A stretch of 64,000 nucleotides of DNA, taken from assembly GCA_052426225.1 (NCBI GenBank), contig JBNJNM010000006.1, forward strand, positions 372,001-436,000, in the 5' to 3' direction. This DNA comes from Zancudomyces culisetae HAW-14-8. Taxonomy: Eukaryota; Fungi; Kickxellomycota. This document shows positions 47,775 through 63,053 of the stretch, one piece after another (the stretch's first letter is position 1; every line of letters begins with the position of its first letter). The position numbers and the translations under genes were made by a program. Under the pieces are notes generated by a model that saw nothing but the letters and a program-made list of their open reading frames with translations, had not been told where the DNA came from and did not search any database.

Positions 47775-47808
47775 CAACAGCAACAGCAACAGCAACAGCA
47801 ACAACAGT
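47775..47808 (+). repeat. (CAACAG)n microsatellite
   Basis: About 5 units in intergenic DNA. Confidence 0.7.
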
Positions 47809-50800
47809 AATAATACAATTACACTGCCATGAACTTCAAATATGATGCTAGCTCTTACATTCCTTAGCAGCGGTCTGAGTCTGTTTAAAAATAGATATAT
47901 TAAAGAAAAGACTATTAATTGCATTGATTTACGTTACAGATATAGGTAGTCTCTTTGATGGTATTAAGCTTAATTGAAAATGATTAAAACCCGCGAACAT
48001 TATACAGCAAAATGAGTACTTTAACAAGATATTCAGAGAGTTTTCATTTTTAAAAATAATAGTCTTTTAATATTGTGACCACTATTGGCTATATTATATA
48101 TAGACTTTGGAGAATCCAGCGAATGCAAAAGAGTCAAGTCTGCATCAAGTAGCTTGAAAAGTGTAAATCTTTAATAAGCAAAAACCATTTGATAATTAGG
48201 TTGATCTTAATAGGACCTTATTAGAAATCAAAAGAAAAAGTAGGTTAAAGTTGTAGTAAACACAGCAAACAAGTTATGTTCAAATTTGAAATTCAATTTT
48301 TGATTTTAAGGAATTCATGAGTTTTTGAGTTACTGGTTTAATTTTCAGCCAAACGCACAATGAAAATAGATGTACATACTTTAAAATAAAATATTGAGGT
48401 ATTAAATTATAAAGCTGTGATTCTAAAAAAAAATTTAAAAAAAAGTTAATAATTCCTCTTTCATCAACAACTTTGTCTGGGTGCCTTATTAAAAATATGG
48501 GGAGATTATCACTTGAATATATATATCTATATTTGATAATAAAATTTAAGATTTACTCTCGATAATTCCTGCTCTAATCACAAATATGTATAAATTGCAT
48601 TTATTAGCGAGCATTTGTGTTTAAGATTTGCAAAAAGTTTATTATTTTTCTAGGTAATTCGATTCATGGATAATTTTTATGTTTTAATTTTGCCGAATTT
48701 GTACTTATTAAATATTTTATTTAAGCTGCTCGAAAACGGAATGACTTGATTGATTTTTTGAGTAGTACAAGAACATTAATTTAGCATACATACAACCACC
48801 TATTTTAGTTTGTAAACTAGTACGTGGTGCAAACAATATAGGCAACTTTTATTCAACATTTTTTGAAGATCATCAGTGTAACGAGACTTTGCAAAATGGT
48901 AAAGTGAAACAGCGTAGTAAAATAAAATAAGATGGAAATGGAATGTAGAGATAGAATGGTATAAGAAAGTATGGTGTTTGCTAATAGCGCAACAATTGAA
49001 CTATTTGCTCTTGCTGGTTCACACCTTTTCAACGGGATAAAAAAACTACATATCTCCGATTTACTCTAAGCTAATGCCGTAAATAGGCTATTTGTATTCT
49101 ATATTTAGTGCAAATAATTTTTTTTGCTACAACGAATGCTCCTGTACCATGTTGCTACCATTAAAATTTGCCGTTTAGAATTGGTTTTTACTGTCTTATT
49201 TTACTCTACTGAATATTTAAACATAAACGCTAATTGTAATAAAGTTTTCTTTTCTCTAGCACAAATTAAACAATCTTTGGCGATTCAAACATGATTCACT
49301 AATAATTCCCTTCCTCCCGGCCCTGGCCTATTATTACATTCTACACGTCAATTGCTGAGAAATTTATTTCAATGACATCTTTATTGAATTAGGTATTATT
49401 ATCTTCACATTGGCTACACCCTATAAATACTTCAAAAAAAATGATTATTTTTGTTGTAGCTCCAGATTTGGTGACAAGAACAGAATTATTGCTTTGTGGG
49501 CCCATGGTAATCTAAATCCGAATAAACCCTTTTTCTGTGCTGATTGACATCACCAGAATACTTTGCCCTTTATTTTCCAGAAATCCTGTTTGTAAGTACA
49601 ACCTTTTAACGCGACACAAACTCCAGTCTTCCACTAGTTTGTGCAAAATACCCGTTACTAGTCTTGATATGTGTACATTTTCGTCAAAAAACGAGACTTG
49701 TCAACTAAGACTTCATGTACTTATTGACTTTAGCCGCCCCAAAAACTCTTAAAAAACAATTATTGACGCTTTTAAGCATCATGTAGCATCTAAAAACACA
49801 TATTTTTAGCTGTTTGTGGCCACTGGTTTTGTGGTAACAGATCCAATTCACTTTCTAGAGCGCTCCACGTAAAGCTGCTTTAAAATATTGCGATTTTTCC
49901 TTTTTGCGAAGTGCAAAAGTACAGTTTTTATATAGCTCTGTATCCGTGTTTCCAACTTTTGAAGAAAAAAAAATCTTAGCAAATACTCTTTTGCATATGT
50001 TTGGATCGTCAAATCGTGTAAATCTCCTCTAATACCCACCTATAAATAGTCCAGCCAAAACTGTGCTTGATGTCGACTTACAAGATAGAAATGGCGAATC
50101 ACCTCCTCATTTCATCCTCAGCGTTAGATACGGTAAATCAAGAGCAGACTAAAAAAAGTTTATTTACAACCCTCCTAGTCCTAAACTCAACTATTCGACT
50201 ACTCAACTATCCAGTAGTAAAATGATTTACCCACTACCAATAACTCGCATTCTTTAAGGCTTTTATGTTTTTCTTCCTTTTTTTGGCAGTAAAGCAAGTA
50301 AGCCTTGCTTTTAAAGCGGGTATTACCATCCTTATCCCCTTTTTCTTTGTGCTTGTTGGTTTGACACACTTTATTTTAATATCCGATAGACAAACAAAAG
50401 CGTCTCAATGAACTTTTTACCTTTCCCATAAACGCTGAGTCAGCATTGTAAAATCATGGTTGCTATTTTTTTCTCGTTGATTTTATAGTTTGAAATCTCT
50501 AATTAAGACTAAAAAGTTGGTAACAGCATTTTTAATTACACTAGGATCTGTTTCAACTGTTGAGTCAAACAACAACCTCCCATCATATAACTGCAAATGT
50601 GGATCATTCCTGCTCACGCGTCTAAACTCTTGAATAGCTAAAAACTCTATAAATGGCTAGGTAAAATACAACCTACGGCCACCAGTATATCCCTGCTACG
50701 TACATCAAAAAGTGCTAGCATGGGTTCATCTTTTAGTCTGCTCGGGTTCTTAACACAAGCTTTTTACAACACAGTTCCCCATAGAAAAATTCAGCCACAA

Positions 50801-53620
50801 AATTACAACCACAACTTTCAACAACTGGATGAGATTCGAACTCATAATTACTAGCTGTAATCTTGTGTTCAAACAACAAGGTATTAAAAAACTCGCATAT
50901 TATAATTTGCAGATGTTAAAGTTATATGTACTGGTCCACCGATTTCAAATACAAAGTGTTTATATATTGATATTTTATCTTGTTAATTACCGCTCCAATC
51001 GACTTTTGCACAGGAGAATTAGTCGATATTTTTATCATATCCACTGGAATTATATTTCTCCGTATGACTGAATCTACATGACTTAATTTTTTTGCTCAAG
51101 TAACCATTTAATTGATTAAAATAGCCACATCTGTACTACTAACCGCAATATGGTGATACCCAACAATGGTGATACATATACCATAAAATAATAATAAATT
51201 GAAACAGTTGCTGTTATAAGCCCTCTCTGTTCTCGGTTTCAACAAAGTGAGGCCTCGCAATCGGATGTTAGTTTGAGGCTGAGTTTACAAAACATAGAAT
51301 TTTTTCATACATTTATCTGTGGTTGAGCTACAATATATTTTCAAATAACAAGATTATACCTGGGAATGTTGTACTAACTATAATTTTAAAACTAAAAATT
51401 ATTTTTTTACCCACCCATAATTGTAAGTGGTGAAAGTGACATAGTGTATGTTATTTCCCAGGCTTTTGACACTAGAATGGCTTCCCGTATACTGATTTAC
51501 CAAATATAGATTTATAGAGATATCCTAAATCCGCTTCACGATCATACACGGCCTCCTTGTTGGTGGGTTTTTTATTCTATAAAGTTTAATCAGTATCCGA
51601 TATCCACAAAACAGATAAACAATAAATATGCAGATAAAAATGATCAATGGTCACGCTTGTAGGTGCATGGATACATGATATCAGAAAAACAGATCCTTCA
51701 AATATTGGGGTTATTTATTTTTAAACAGTTAAAGTAACGTCACCGATATCTAGCTGCAACCTAACCTATTTTTCGATGCATTCTCAAAAATATGTGTAGC
51801 ACCTATTGATGGCAAAAATATAAAGAAGAGAAACTAAGCAAACAAGCGCGAGTATTGAAATACTTGTACCACAAATATCATCGCGTTAAGAACCAAATCG
51901 ATACATACAAAAAATAACATTAACAGGTCTTGGTAAAGTATTTGGATAAATTTATGCTCTATAGTATCCATATTAAAGAATTGATACAGCCGTATAAAAT
52001 TCATATATTTATGTATTCATACATTTATTGCCGCCAGTGTAATAAGACAAAACCCAAACATAGCGGGGTTACACAATGGTATGGTCGCAGGAGGTCATAT
52101 AGCTCAAAGGCAAATTTGGCTAAAAATAATGAAATTTGCAAACCGATAGTTCTCGAGCGGGGAAAAAATGGATATTTTTTGTCTAGTACATATTCAATTT
52201 TGTGGAAATAAATAGGAGGAAGTGTTTAACACGCAAGAACCTCGTTGAATAATTAATAACACTTTTCTATAAGAGTATAACTTCTCACTCCTCCGAAAAA
52301 AGAGTCAAAAAAAAGAGTAGCAAGGAGTATGTTTCATATGGATACCATATTCTATAATCGACTGCGGCTACCACTAGTAACAGTATAAAATAGTGATAGT
52401 AGCCTTCCTATAGTAAAAATTATGCCATCCTGTTTTGCACCGAGGCCAGCTCAATAGTTAGCAACTCTAAAAAAATAATCTATACTCCTAAAATTGAATA
52501 GGTCCTTGGTTTTGGTTACATGTGGGATAAGAGTTAAAGCATGGTCGGCGATTTTTGTGCAATAGTTACAGAAAGCAATAGCTAATGAAATGGAAAGTAT
52601 CCGCTTTAAATTAAGCGGGGAGAGGGAGGGAGGGGTTGTCAATCCACTTTTTTTCTGGTGCAAACCTCGAACTTCTGTTTGGTTCAAGTTACGCTCAAAA
52701 GAAAAGATATATGTTTGACTTGACAACGACAATGACAATGACCAGTTAGTTTATCTAAGGTTTGTGGAGTTATTAAATTCAAGGGCAAGGTGGTAAGGGG
52801 TATAGAGTGTGAGACGAGACACTCAGTTCATTTGGTGTGAAAGAATTCTAGTGTTTGCAGGAGGATAAAATACATCAATGTGAAAGTGCTTGTGTGAATG
52901 GTCTGTAACAATAACCAAAATGAAAGAAAGAAGAAAAGTCGCATTCTATGTTCTTAGACCGTTTTTACTATTATTCTTTGTTTTTATATTTAGGTATTTA
53001 AAATAGGACATTGGGCATAACTAGAATGCCATTAGTTCAAAAAAAAAAAGTTAAATAGAATCAGAAAGGTAGCTAAAACTATCAAAACAATGCGATAAAT
53101 GGCTTTTTTTTACCTGGTTATAGCTTACATTTTTTTTGATTCTAACGAAATTTTATTGTAATATTAATGTGATTATAGGCAATATATTCATTTAGAAGAA
53201 TACTTTTGACAATTTAGGCTTTAATTTATAAAAGAGCTTCGGGAATTACACATACATCAAATAAATTCAAAATAATCGCGGGCGAAAAAAAGGCGATATA
53301 CAAATATGGAGACCGGAATACTCCAAAAAAGGCAGTGTGAAAACAACAAACCGCCCGAAATGACGGTAAGTTGGATTTTGATAACCTGTTAAGGTTGCTA
53401 GACTTAATTCTTACATACATAAATTATGAAAAAAAAGCACGAAAAACCTGGAATATAGATTTACAACATATCCTACAACTATTTTAGATTGAGGAGTTAT
53501 CAGAGATAGTAAAGGTAGAATAAAGGCATATTATCAAAGTTCATGGTTAAGACGGTAAAATATAAATATATTTATTCATACTGATAAAAAATGTAAACAA
53601 AACTGTAGGACGAGATTAGA

Positions 53621-55942
53621 ATGGCTTCTTCGCTTAAACAGGCATTGATGAGCATTAACGATGAACTGGAGAATTTCTCAAAAAAAATTAGCGAAGGCTG
53701 CATCGTAAGTGTTTCGAATAAACAAACAAACAAACAAACAAACACCTGGTAGTGTACACTTTTTGAAGCTATGTTAATTAATACATCATGCTATTTAAAA
53801 AAATAGAAATTGGGCGTGGAGGTACCTAGGTTTGAAATACCGAATTCTGGTATGCGCAAAACTGCTTCTAACCCGGGAATAGATCAATACCACAGCGAGG
53901 AGGCAGTAGCGAGGAACGTGGGGAAAAGAGTGAGAATAAAAGTACCCGATGAAGTTAGATTTCAATGGTTAGAAATATTTAAAGATGATCAGGACAATCA
54001 AAGTATGGGTATTGAAATGATGGATATGCTTGATGAAGGCGTGTATCATACAAATACTGAATCCGGTGACGATAATCCTGCGATACAAGTTGCAACTGAA
54101 CTGGGGAGTGACATAGAAATCGAGAGCATTGAAGCTATAGATATATCGAAAAAGCCCATGTATGAAAAAAATAGAGGGGAAGAATTACACACCAATGATC
54201 AAAAGAAGACGGTAGATGGGGTGATTGAGCGGAAAAGTTCTCTAAAAAAAATGAGTAGCAGGCCTGATGAGACTGATATTATGTATCTCTCATCATATTC
54301 TGGTGGCGGATACGAGCTTGCAACAGGGAGTAAGGATTTGTTACTTGGGTTCTATGAGGAGCTGAAAAATATTCAAAAGAAAATGGATTTGGTGAACGAA
54401 AAAGAAGCTAGAATGCCTTTGAAGAGACATAGTGATGAGCTTGCGTACACTCTACCGAAGCTTGATTCAGGAAAGCTACTCTCCGAGAGTATGAAATTGG
54501 ATGTAGATGTAGGAGTCAATGTTGATTTTAATTTTGAGGAGAAATATTCCAGAGATATAGAACAGGTAAATAACGAGGAAGTTCCGGGTTCAGATAGAGT
54601 AGCTCTGGAGCGAATCTCCAGCGAAGATATTCTCAATGTTAAGCTTCGAGGTGTTGACGATGTATATGATAAAAAAACCAAGCATTGTAGCTTAACGATT
54701 GATTTGGAGTCGGCTGCTGATTGGATGGATGGAAAAAACTCACATATGAACGGCTTGGTTCAAAACAGTATGGGGTACAAAAACAAGAACTCAGTACATG
54801 GAACAACAGGCCACTTAAAAAAGCACGAGGCAGACAGAGTATCACTGATATCGGATATGCTTATATCAGGGAGCTGCAAGGTCGATAAATATATAAAATC
54901 AATCAAACCCAGCAATTTTACCGTAGAACCTTTCAATGATCTTAAGGTGGATACTTCCACTCACATAGGCAGGAATGGCACCAGCGTCGAGAATCCTGGC
55001 AAGTATCCACTCTTTGAAGATTTGGGTAATGAAATATCCAATCCTTTGGCATATCAAAGTGTTCCCACATTTGTTGCTTACCAAAAAAATCCCACCGACG
55101 ATGACCCTATATACAACCAGCACCCGTCATCGGTCGGCCAACAAGCCAGGGCTACGGGTTTGAGGAGGGCTAACACTAGCATTGCCAATGTTAATGATAT
55201 TGACAGCTCGAATTCTTGGCTTCATCTAAAAACACCAAAAGTTTTTCAAAGATTATGGTCTAAAAGAGCTAAAAGTGTGGGGCACGAGTTATCTGCTGAA
55301 ACAGACCCGTATGTATTGCTAAATGTGCAAGACTGTGGGGTTCCTAATTCATCAAATGCTGAAACCGTTCATAGTTTGGGGAAAAGCCATAATAGTATAA
55401 GAGGGCTTTCCTCGCTGTTTGGTCGTTCCAGATCAGTCTCTTCAGTAAACAGGACATCCGCTAGTAAAAGTATGAGCAATGAACTTTCTACTTTCAAAAA
55501 TAATGAAAATGGTGAAAATGAACGCCACCCTGAAAACAATGATTACCATGAGGTTGAGAAGAAAATAAGGCACAAAGGCAATTTTGACCAGCTCTTCCCA
55601 GACACCATTAATGTTATGGGCAAAGACAGTAACACCCACAACACCTGTAACAACGAAAACACGGGCAACAATCAACAAAGTGATGGGGGTACTCTTAAAA
55701 AAAAGAGTGTGGCTAGGCGGCTGAGTCTATTTGGGAGCAAACACAAGGATAGCAAAGGAGATACTCTCAAAGAGTTCAATGCCACGAATACTATGTCGTC
55801 AAGTAGCATTCCCGGATTTCACGCAGAGGATAAGGGAGTCAAAAGAAGCAGCAGTATTAGTAGTATGACTTGGAATTATCTGAAACACATAGGCAAAGAA
55901 AGAAAGGGCAGCAGGATCTTTGTAAATTCCAAATCTGAATAA
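53621..55942 (+). CDS. Unknown, largely low-complexity protein (exons 53621-53704, 53807-55942; ~739 aa)
   Basis: Long ORF; upstream ATG exon joined in frame by GTAAGT...TAG intron; no domain recognised. Confidence 0.75.
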
Positions 55943-56093
55943 TATTTCGCTAGATGATATGGGCAATGTGTTTATGCATTTATATGCATTCATATATTAG
56001 ATAGCCATTTATCTTTTGTACTTTTACTTATCTTCTGCACTGCAACCCTATCTTTTATTTAGCAGCAAAAACACACACAAAAAAAAGCAACCA

Positions 56094-58912
56094 TTATTTA
56101 CTAAAATAAATATTGAGACCCAGGTTATTATGCATTTTCGTGTCCTTTAATAACTTGACTCTTTTTTGTCTACTGTTGGCGGCTTGTGATTTGAATTCTC
56201 TGCTATTTTTGACATTCAAGCGTTTCACCTGCTTCGAAAACGACTGTATAAAACAAAATTTGCTGCTGTCGCTGCTATTACCTTCGTTCTTACCAGAATT
56301 GGATTCAGATGTTGCACTAGAAGCAAGAACATCACTAGTGCCACCAGTGCCACCAGCGCTTTTACCAGAAAATACATTATTATCTTTACCAACGACAAGA
56401 CTACCATGACTGTTGGTTGGATCCACATTTTTACTCTGAGAACACTTTTTTCCGTAGGTGGCAAGGGGGTTTTCAGCCCAAGACTTAAGCAACGTGTTTG
56501 TACTTTCAAAATGATAAAACCCACCTATTTGTATCAGTATCCTTTTTAATGGGTATCTTGCCAAAAACCCACTTTTCGTAGTATTGTCCAGAACAGTGAC
56601 CGTACTATTTTCATCATAAGTGACAGTCTCTCGACCATACTTGGTGTTGAGTATTTCAAATATTTCATCAACACTCTTTTCAACCATTTTCAAGAATTTC
56701 TCTGAACCATTACTGCTAACATCGCTGTTCATGGGATATATTTGTATCTTTACATTCTTGCTTTTGATATCCTTATCAAATCCATTTTCATCCATTGTCA
56801 CCAGTGTTAATGTTAGAACTCTTGGCCAACTCCTGCTAACCTCAAACTCACACAACATTCGCTCCCATAGTTCTATAGACTGAATTGACACCCACTGTTG
56901 TATCTTCTCGAAATCCGACACGCCCTTGATGTTTCCAAATGACTTTACTGATGCCAAAGTTTTGGTCTTTTCATGGCTTTGCTCAACTATTCATGTGTTA
57001 TTCCCCCTTCTTTTTTTTAGTCTTTTACAATATTTATTAATAATAAAAGAACTGGCTTTGTAATTAGAACTGTACCGCCATCTTTAACTAAAACCAGTCA
57101 TGTTAATTTAAATATTTTACTCACCCAATTCAGTGTCTATCCCTCTACATATATTGTACATGTATATTGCCATCTTCGAAGAAAAAAATCCTTCCAGGAG
57201 CTTCAGTGGTTTGGTATATAGTTCCCCGATCGTTTTCACTTCCATCATTTCCTCTAGCCTTTCCCCAACTTTACCTCCAAGATTTCTGATTTTTTTCACT
57301 GGGAAACCATAGATAAAATCAGTGATCCCACAAGTTAGCAGTACTGCTTGTTTGTTTGGTTTGAACGTGCTAGATATGACCTTGCTGTAAGCCTTACTGA
57401 ACGATATGCCTGCGGATGTAGTAAAACCTGTAGTGCTTAGAATCATTTCTCTAATTTTGTAGCAAACCAATGATCCATAATACAATCTAACATTATCCAG
57501 TCCTACCCCAAGCTGATTAACTAGCGCACTATCTTTAAGCAACTCAGTATCGATTTCTGGTAGGGCAGATTGAGAGCTATCACTCATGACCTTGTCTTTG
57601 CTCTGTTTTAAAACCTCATCCACTATTCCTTGGTTAATTACAATATTACGATCATCACCTATTCTATAAAAAGTTGATGGCCCTCCGCTATCCCACCTAA
57701 TCACCGGTAAGTACTCCCCATTTTGTTGTATGTATCGGATCTTCCCTTGTTGTTTGGCTATTTCTATATCCTTTTCTACCAAATCTGTAATATCCAAATA
57801 TGCCTCATCTATCCAGTAGTCAAATATTCGAAGCTTTTAGTACATACTGATACATATATTTACGAGTCGTTATAGGCTGGTTGACTATACTTTTTTCTTT
57901 GAGAGTTTTTTTTTGCTTGGTTTGGTTGTTATGTCTTACCTACGCTCGACTTTTGACAATTTACACCAAGAGACCTTAATACATCAAAAACCTCAGCGCT
58001 GGCCCGCCTGTACCAATCTAAACATACCTTGTGTGTATTTTGCTGTGGATTTGCATGATATCCACCTTTTTTACCCATTGTATATGTGGGTACATGAACA
58101 AGAATCAAGTCTATATATATATTTTTAGTATGACATGTTTAATGGAAAAGTAAAACACTATTTAACCTCGATCCGATTACTAACTTTGGAACATGATTAT
58201 ACAGAAAAGACGCGAATTCTGTTGTATCATCATATATACTCATCACCTTTTGATTCGTTTCATTGTTCGCGTTCAAAAAGCTAACATTTTATAAATTAAC
58301 AGTAATCTACCGGTTTGATAAATTACCTGGACACTTGGCTTTTGCTTCGCTTACACTATCGCTTCTATATTTAATTCAAGTGGCAAATTATATCACTGTA
58401 TGTCATTTTTCCCGCTTTATACTATTCACATATATAGTCAACTGTAAGGAAAAGTACCTGGATATGTTATAATTCCGAGCAGCATAGTTTACAGCGAGTA
58501 GTCCATTCCATTGTTGAACCGCCAATGGCATTGAGTTTGATATACCCAGTCTTCTTTGCTCTATACTTCAAAATACATTTCCACTCGTAAAAAAAATAAA
58601 ACTTTTATTAACCAGAAATATGCACCCACATAGCGCAGCTTTCAATATCTAAGCTATCACCACCCTCCCCTTCACCACCTTTCTTCCCACAAACTTACCC
58701 ACTTGACAGTAAAAACAATCTATAATTCATAAATACATGCCAGTTGATTGAATGACTTTTTTAATACTTGTACATATAAGCCTAACAGATAAACAATAAA
58801 GAAAATACTATACCATACCTAAATCGATGTGCAAAATAATCTTTTTCCCTTTGCTGGTTTCTCCAAAATTTGAAATGTTCTTGGAGTGTTTACTGATGGC
58901 TACATCCTCCAT
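56094..58912 (-). CDS. RAD30: Y-family DNA polymerase eta (7 exons: 58912-58819, 58719-58699, 58560-58458, 58364-58327, 58110-57940, 57808-57125, 56986-56094; ~667 aa)
   Basis: Spliced motifs IILHIDLDCFYCQVE, AVQQW..LAVNYAAR, KCPDLILVHV, SSVDEAYLD, GFTTSAGIS, FKPNKQ, RNLGGKVG; C-terminal PIP-like LNIYF. Confidence 0.92.
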
Positions 58913-61900
58913 TTTATTTGTACTCCTCTCGCTTTCATATATTATACTGCGTATATTTGTTTTTAGATTAGTTTATATTCGCAAAGTATATTCAGAGATT
59001 AAAAAAGTGTTGAATACATAAAAAAAAAGGATATTGTCCTATTCAATGAGACTTTATTACTAAGATATCAAGTACTGTCTTTGGCCTTTTATTTTGGTTT
59101 TAGAGTTTTTGTTGTTTTTTTTTTCGCGTTCTAAAATAGCTGATAGTGAATAGCAAATAAAAAGCATTTTTCTTGGTAAAGTAAATAATCACAATTTAAC
59201 CAGCAAATCAGACGCGTATTTCCAAAACTTGATCACTCATCAACCTGAAATAACTACATTCTGGACAAAAATAGTTTATTTGGCAAACTAACACATTCTC
59301 TGTATTATTTTATGTATACAAAGTACAATCAGTTAATTGTTCCACACCACAACCCTTGTGTTTCTTTTGTGCATTTAACTATTAGGAATCGCCTAGCAGC
59401 AGAAAAATATCTTGTATTAAAAAATTGCTCTAATTTTTTTTTTGTATTTTCTAGTAGCGTGTGTACGTTTGTTCCCTACATGAATTCTAAAAGTAAGTCA
59501 AAAATACTCCTCTTTTCCTTCCCACCAGCGTAATAAAATAAACTAAACTGCAAGTAGTAAGATAAAGGTTTAGATCAGGTGGAATTCCAGTAATCCAAGA
59601 ACGCTATTTATAACAGTTTATAATAACCCATAAGTTTCATTGTACCCAAGTAAATATGATACATTCAGAAAAATCGTATAAAGAATTCCCTTGGTATAAA
59701 TATACAAATTTGGTATTATAGTCTAGTATGTCATAACACTCTCTTAGCATGATACCACTTCATCTATACTAGTTACAAGTCAGAGCAAGCAGGAAAAAAC
59801 CATATATGAGATTAAGGAATGTGTGGAAATGTTCTTCCATACTTTATATTTCTGAATCCTGATGCGGTCTTATGTTTGGACAATACTGCAATCGGATGGT
59901 GGTGATACTGTTAGTGGTTGTAGTAGGTGCGTAACTATTGCCACCATCTTCCATTAAACACAGTGGTGTTTTTTGCACTTGCATTTTATGGTTTAAAGAA
60001 AATGTGCAAAAAATTATACCATAATTGAATTTATCTTGTTGAATTAAACAATTCTAGGATGGATCCTTTCTCATAAAAAATACGCATGTACCAAATACCC
60101 TTTGTAACTTGGCTTTTTTATGAATTTATTTTTTCTTTTTGTTGTAATAAAGGGTATAATGCTGCTTGAGATCCTTTCAAGAAAAAGGGGTTGTTAAATG
60201 ATTCCTTGATTCCTTTTTTGTGTTTTTGATTTTGTAACTATTTTTATGACATGTGCAGGACCAAGTGTGATGTTTTGTTGCGATGTGTTACAGAATTTTT
60301 ATTGGCTGGCGTTAGTGCTTAGTGGTGTGTAAAATACATAATCACTCATTTACGTATCAACAATTGGAGGATCTTTCAACTTTTTTTTATTGAAAGCATT
60401 AAGCATACGTGTCGTTCTCAAATAAATTTGAAAAGTTAAAACAATTTACATCTTTAATTGCAGTAATCCCGCAATGACTAAGCATCGTTAGCAATTGATG
60501 TCACAACCATTCTTCCGATTTAAACATCCAATGCCGGAGCAATTTGTAGTTTATGATGTCAATGACAAAAAAAGACAAAATTAAAAGCCTTTCCAGAAAA
60601 AACTCGACACGTTTAAATCTTTGTTTTTTAATAGACTCATAGAAAGTGTAGTTTGCACATTAAAAACAGCAATCACACGCCTTGGACATTGTGTATAAGA
60701 AGCCAGGGTTTTATTCTTTACTATTGTATGATTTGAAGTATCCGATTTTATAGGCTACACTATAACATCCGTTGCACTTGCACTTCTTGTTTGGTTTTGT
60801 TTATTGGCATTTTATCCATAGTTATGACAGGTTTTATTAATTTAGGTATGAATGGTGCACGTCAATTAATGGCTGTTTTTCGTTCTTTTTTGCACTTTTA
60901 GAGAAAGAAAAAGCATGGATAAATATTGAAAGTAAAAGAAAAAAAAGTGAGAAAGGGGTTTATAGTTGTTTACCATTTAGAATATTGAAAGTTGTTACTG
61001 AGTTTCCAACTAGTTTTTTTATTTCACTATCTGCTATCATGCATGTACAGGAAAACATAATATACACTACTTTAGCGCATTTTATAGCTGGAATTCTTAT
61101 CATGTTTGAATAAACAAAGGGAGAAGTAGATAATTTATGGTACTATTTGAAATTAGAATTCACAGGATCAAAAATGGGAAAATCATAATATACTTGATTT
61201 CAATGAAAATTTGTATTTTTTTCTATCCAAAATCAAAAATCCCTAGAGCTAATCATGCATTAGCGTTCAAGATGGAACCGTTTTTCTACATTAAATTTTG
61301 TTAACTGCTGATATGAAAAAATATAATTTGTAAATATCGATGACAATGCCAATCTTTTAAAAAAGCTGAATTATTTGGAGAGCTATTCCCTAAATACCAC
61401 ATTTATCCATTAAATATTTCTTTACTACACTTTGGACATGATCTTCAAATTACCATTTTTAATATTGATGCGCTTATGCGCACCACATCATTCAATCATA
61501 AATTGAAAATCAAAAGTCGAATGGTGTAATAAAGAAATCCCAAATGATGTGCTTTTTCCACCAATAGAAATGCCTTTTACACACTATTAATGATTTAATT
61601 AGCCATTGCACATAATTTATCATTAGCTTTTCTGTATTTATTTATTTTTATTTATAAATCACAAAGAATCAATCAGCTCACAAATTTACCCCGCTGAGAA
61701 GCACTGTGCTTGCACTCTTTGGTAAATTCGATCCTGCCTGCCGCTCAATAATTTGAAGACAAACGAGCGCACTCATATGGGTAAATTGAGTAAAGACTTG
61801 TCTTTTCCATTTACTGGACTCCTATGTCCAAGCTTAAAAAGAGGATGGGTGATATTTCCGCTTTGCACAAACACATTTTGAAGTATTATTTTTTTGTGAA

Positions 61901-63053
61901 TGCTAGCCAATAGAATCTTTGAAAGAGATTTTGTTATTTCTACTCGAAGACAAAGGCGCAGTATTAAAAAGCCGGTGTCATTATTACAACATGCTTCTCC
62001 TTTTAATCCCAAGACAATAAGCTATTTCTCATGAAACATATTTACCTTTGTCCCATAATTTAGGCCTATTTTGAGAAATGAAATAGCTGACTTGTTAGCT
62101 AATAATAGAAGGGAATTGGGTAGTAATAAAACGGTAAATCGGGATATGGCAAGTAGGATTATTTGCCTCATTCCCTTAATTTTTGTGTTTGATAAAGTTT
62201 CATGAAATTGGCTTCTCATGATTTGGCCGCGTGTTAGTAATGAGGTTTCTAAGTGTTGTAAATAGTAGATGTGTGGAAACAAATGGAGTTACCAAAACAA
62301 AAAAAACCAGAAAAAATTAAGAGGTGGTGATTGGACTGCTGCTTTTCATTTTCCTGCTGCCTAGAATTATGATCTAATGCAAACACTCAAAAAAAAAAGC
62401 AGCAGGAAATGTAATTATATAATATATTTCCCCAAGGCTATCTCAATTTGCTGTACATCTCCTATAAATTAAAGCCGTGATGTTGGGGGTATAAACAAAT
62501 ATGTCAGCTGCTACAAAAATAACAATACTTTTCCTCACAAGACAAGGATAGCCAAGAGCAGAATGAAACGTGCTTCGGTGTCAAAAAGTTCAATCAAATT
62601 AACCTGTTCCAATTTCAAAAACGAAAACCAAAGGGGTTTTGTTGTGAATGTCTTTTATTCACTTAGTTTTGATGTTCAAAACAAAAAAAAAAATAGGAGC
62701 AGATCACACATCTAAATCGATGTTCTCAATGAAAAGTCACTTGAATCAAAAATAAAAAAAAGTAATCAAAGCAGGCTAATAGGAAAAAGAGAATTTGGAA
62801 AATTATAGCGCCTGACTCTGGAACGATCAACACACTATTCATTTTCTTCTCACTTCTCACTTCCCCCTTTCCTCTTCCCAAGGGAAAGTGGAAATTTTGA
62901 AAGAATTATTGTTTGCCAAAGAGGGTATTTTATTAGCATAAAGCTGAATATGATGATAATGTCACCGGCTAATTATACACTTTAAAAAGCTGAGAATTCT
63001 ATACTAGTGCTAAATAGTACAATATTTATTGGTAAAGATGGGTAATGATAATC

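Noticed and set aside
58021-58030. AAG/GTATGT splice donor in RAD30
   Set aside because: Reading through gives the conserved HKVCLDWYRRAS motif, so it is exonic.
59000-63000. Hidden gene or TE relic between RAD30 and the GATA gene
   Set aside because: Only short ORFs without motifs; no terminal repeats or convincing splice chain seen.
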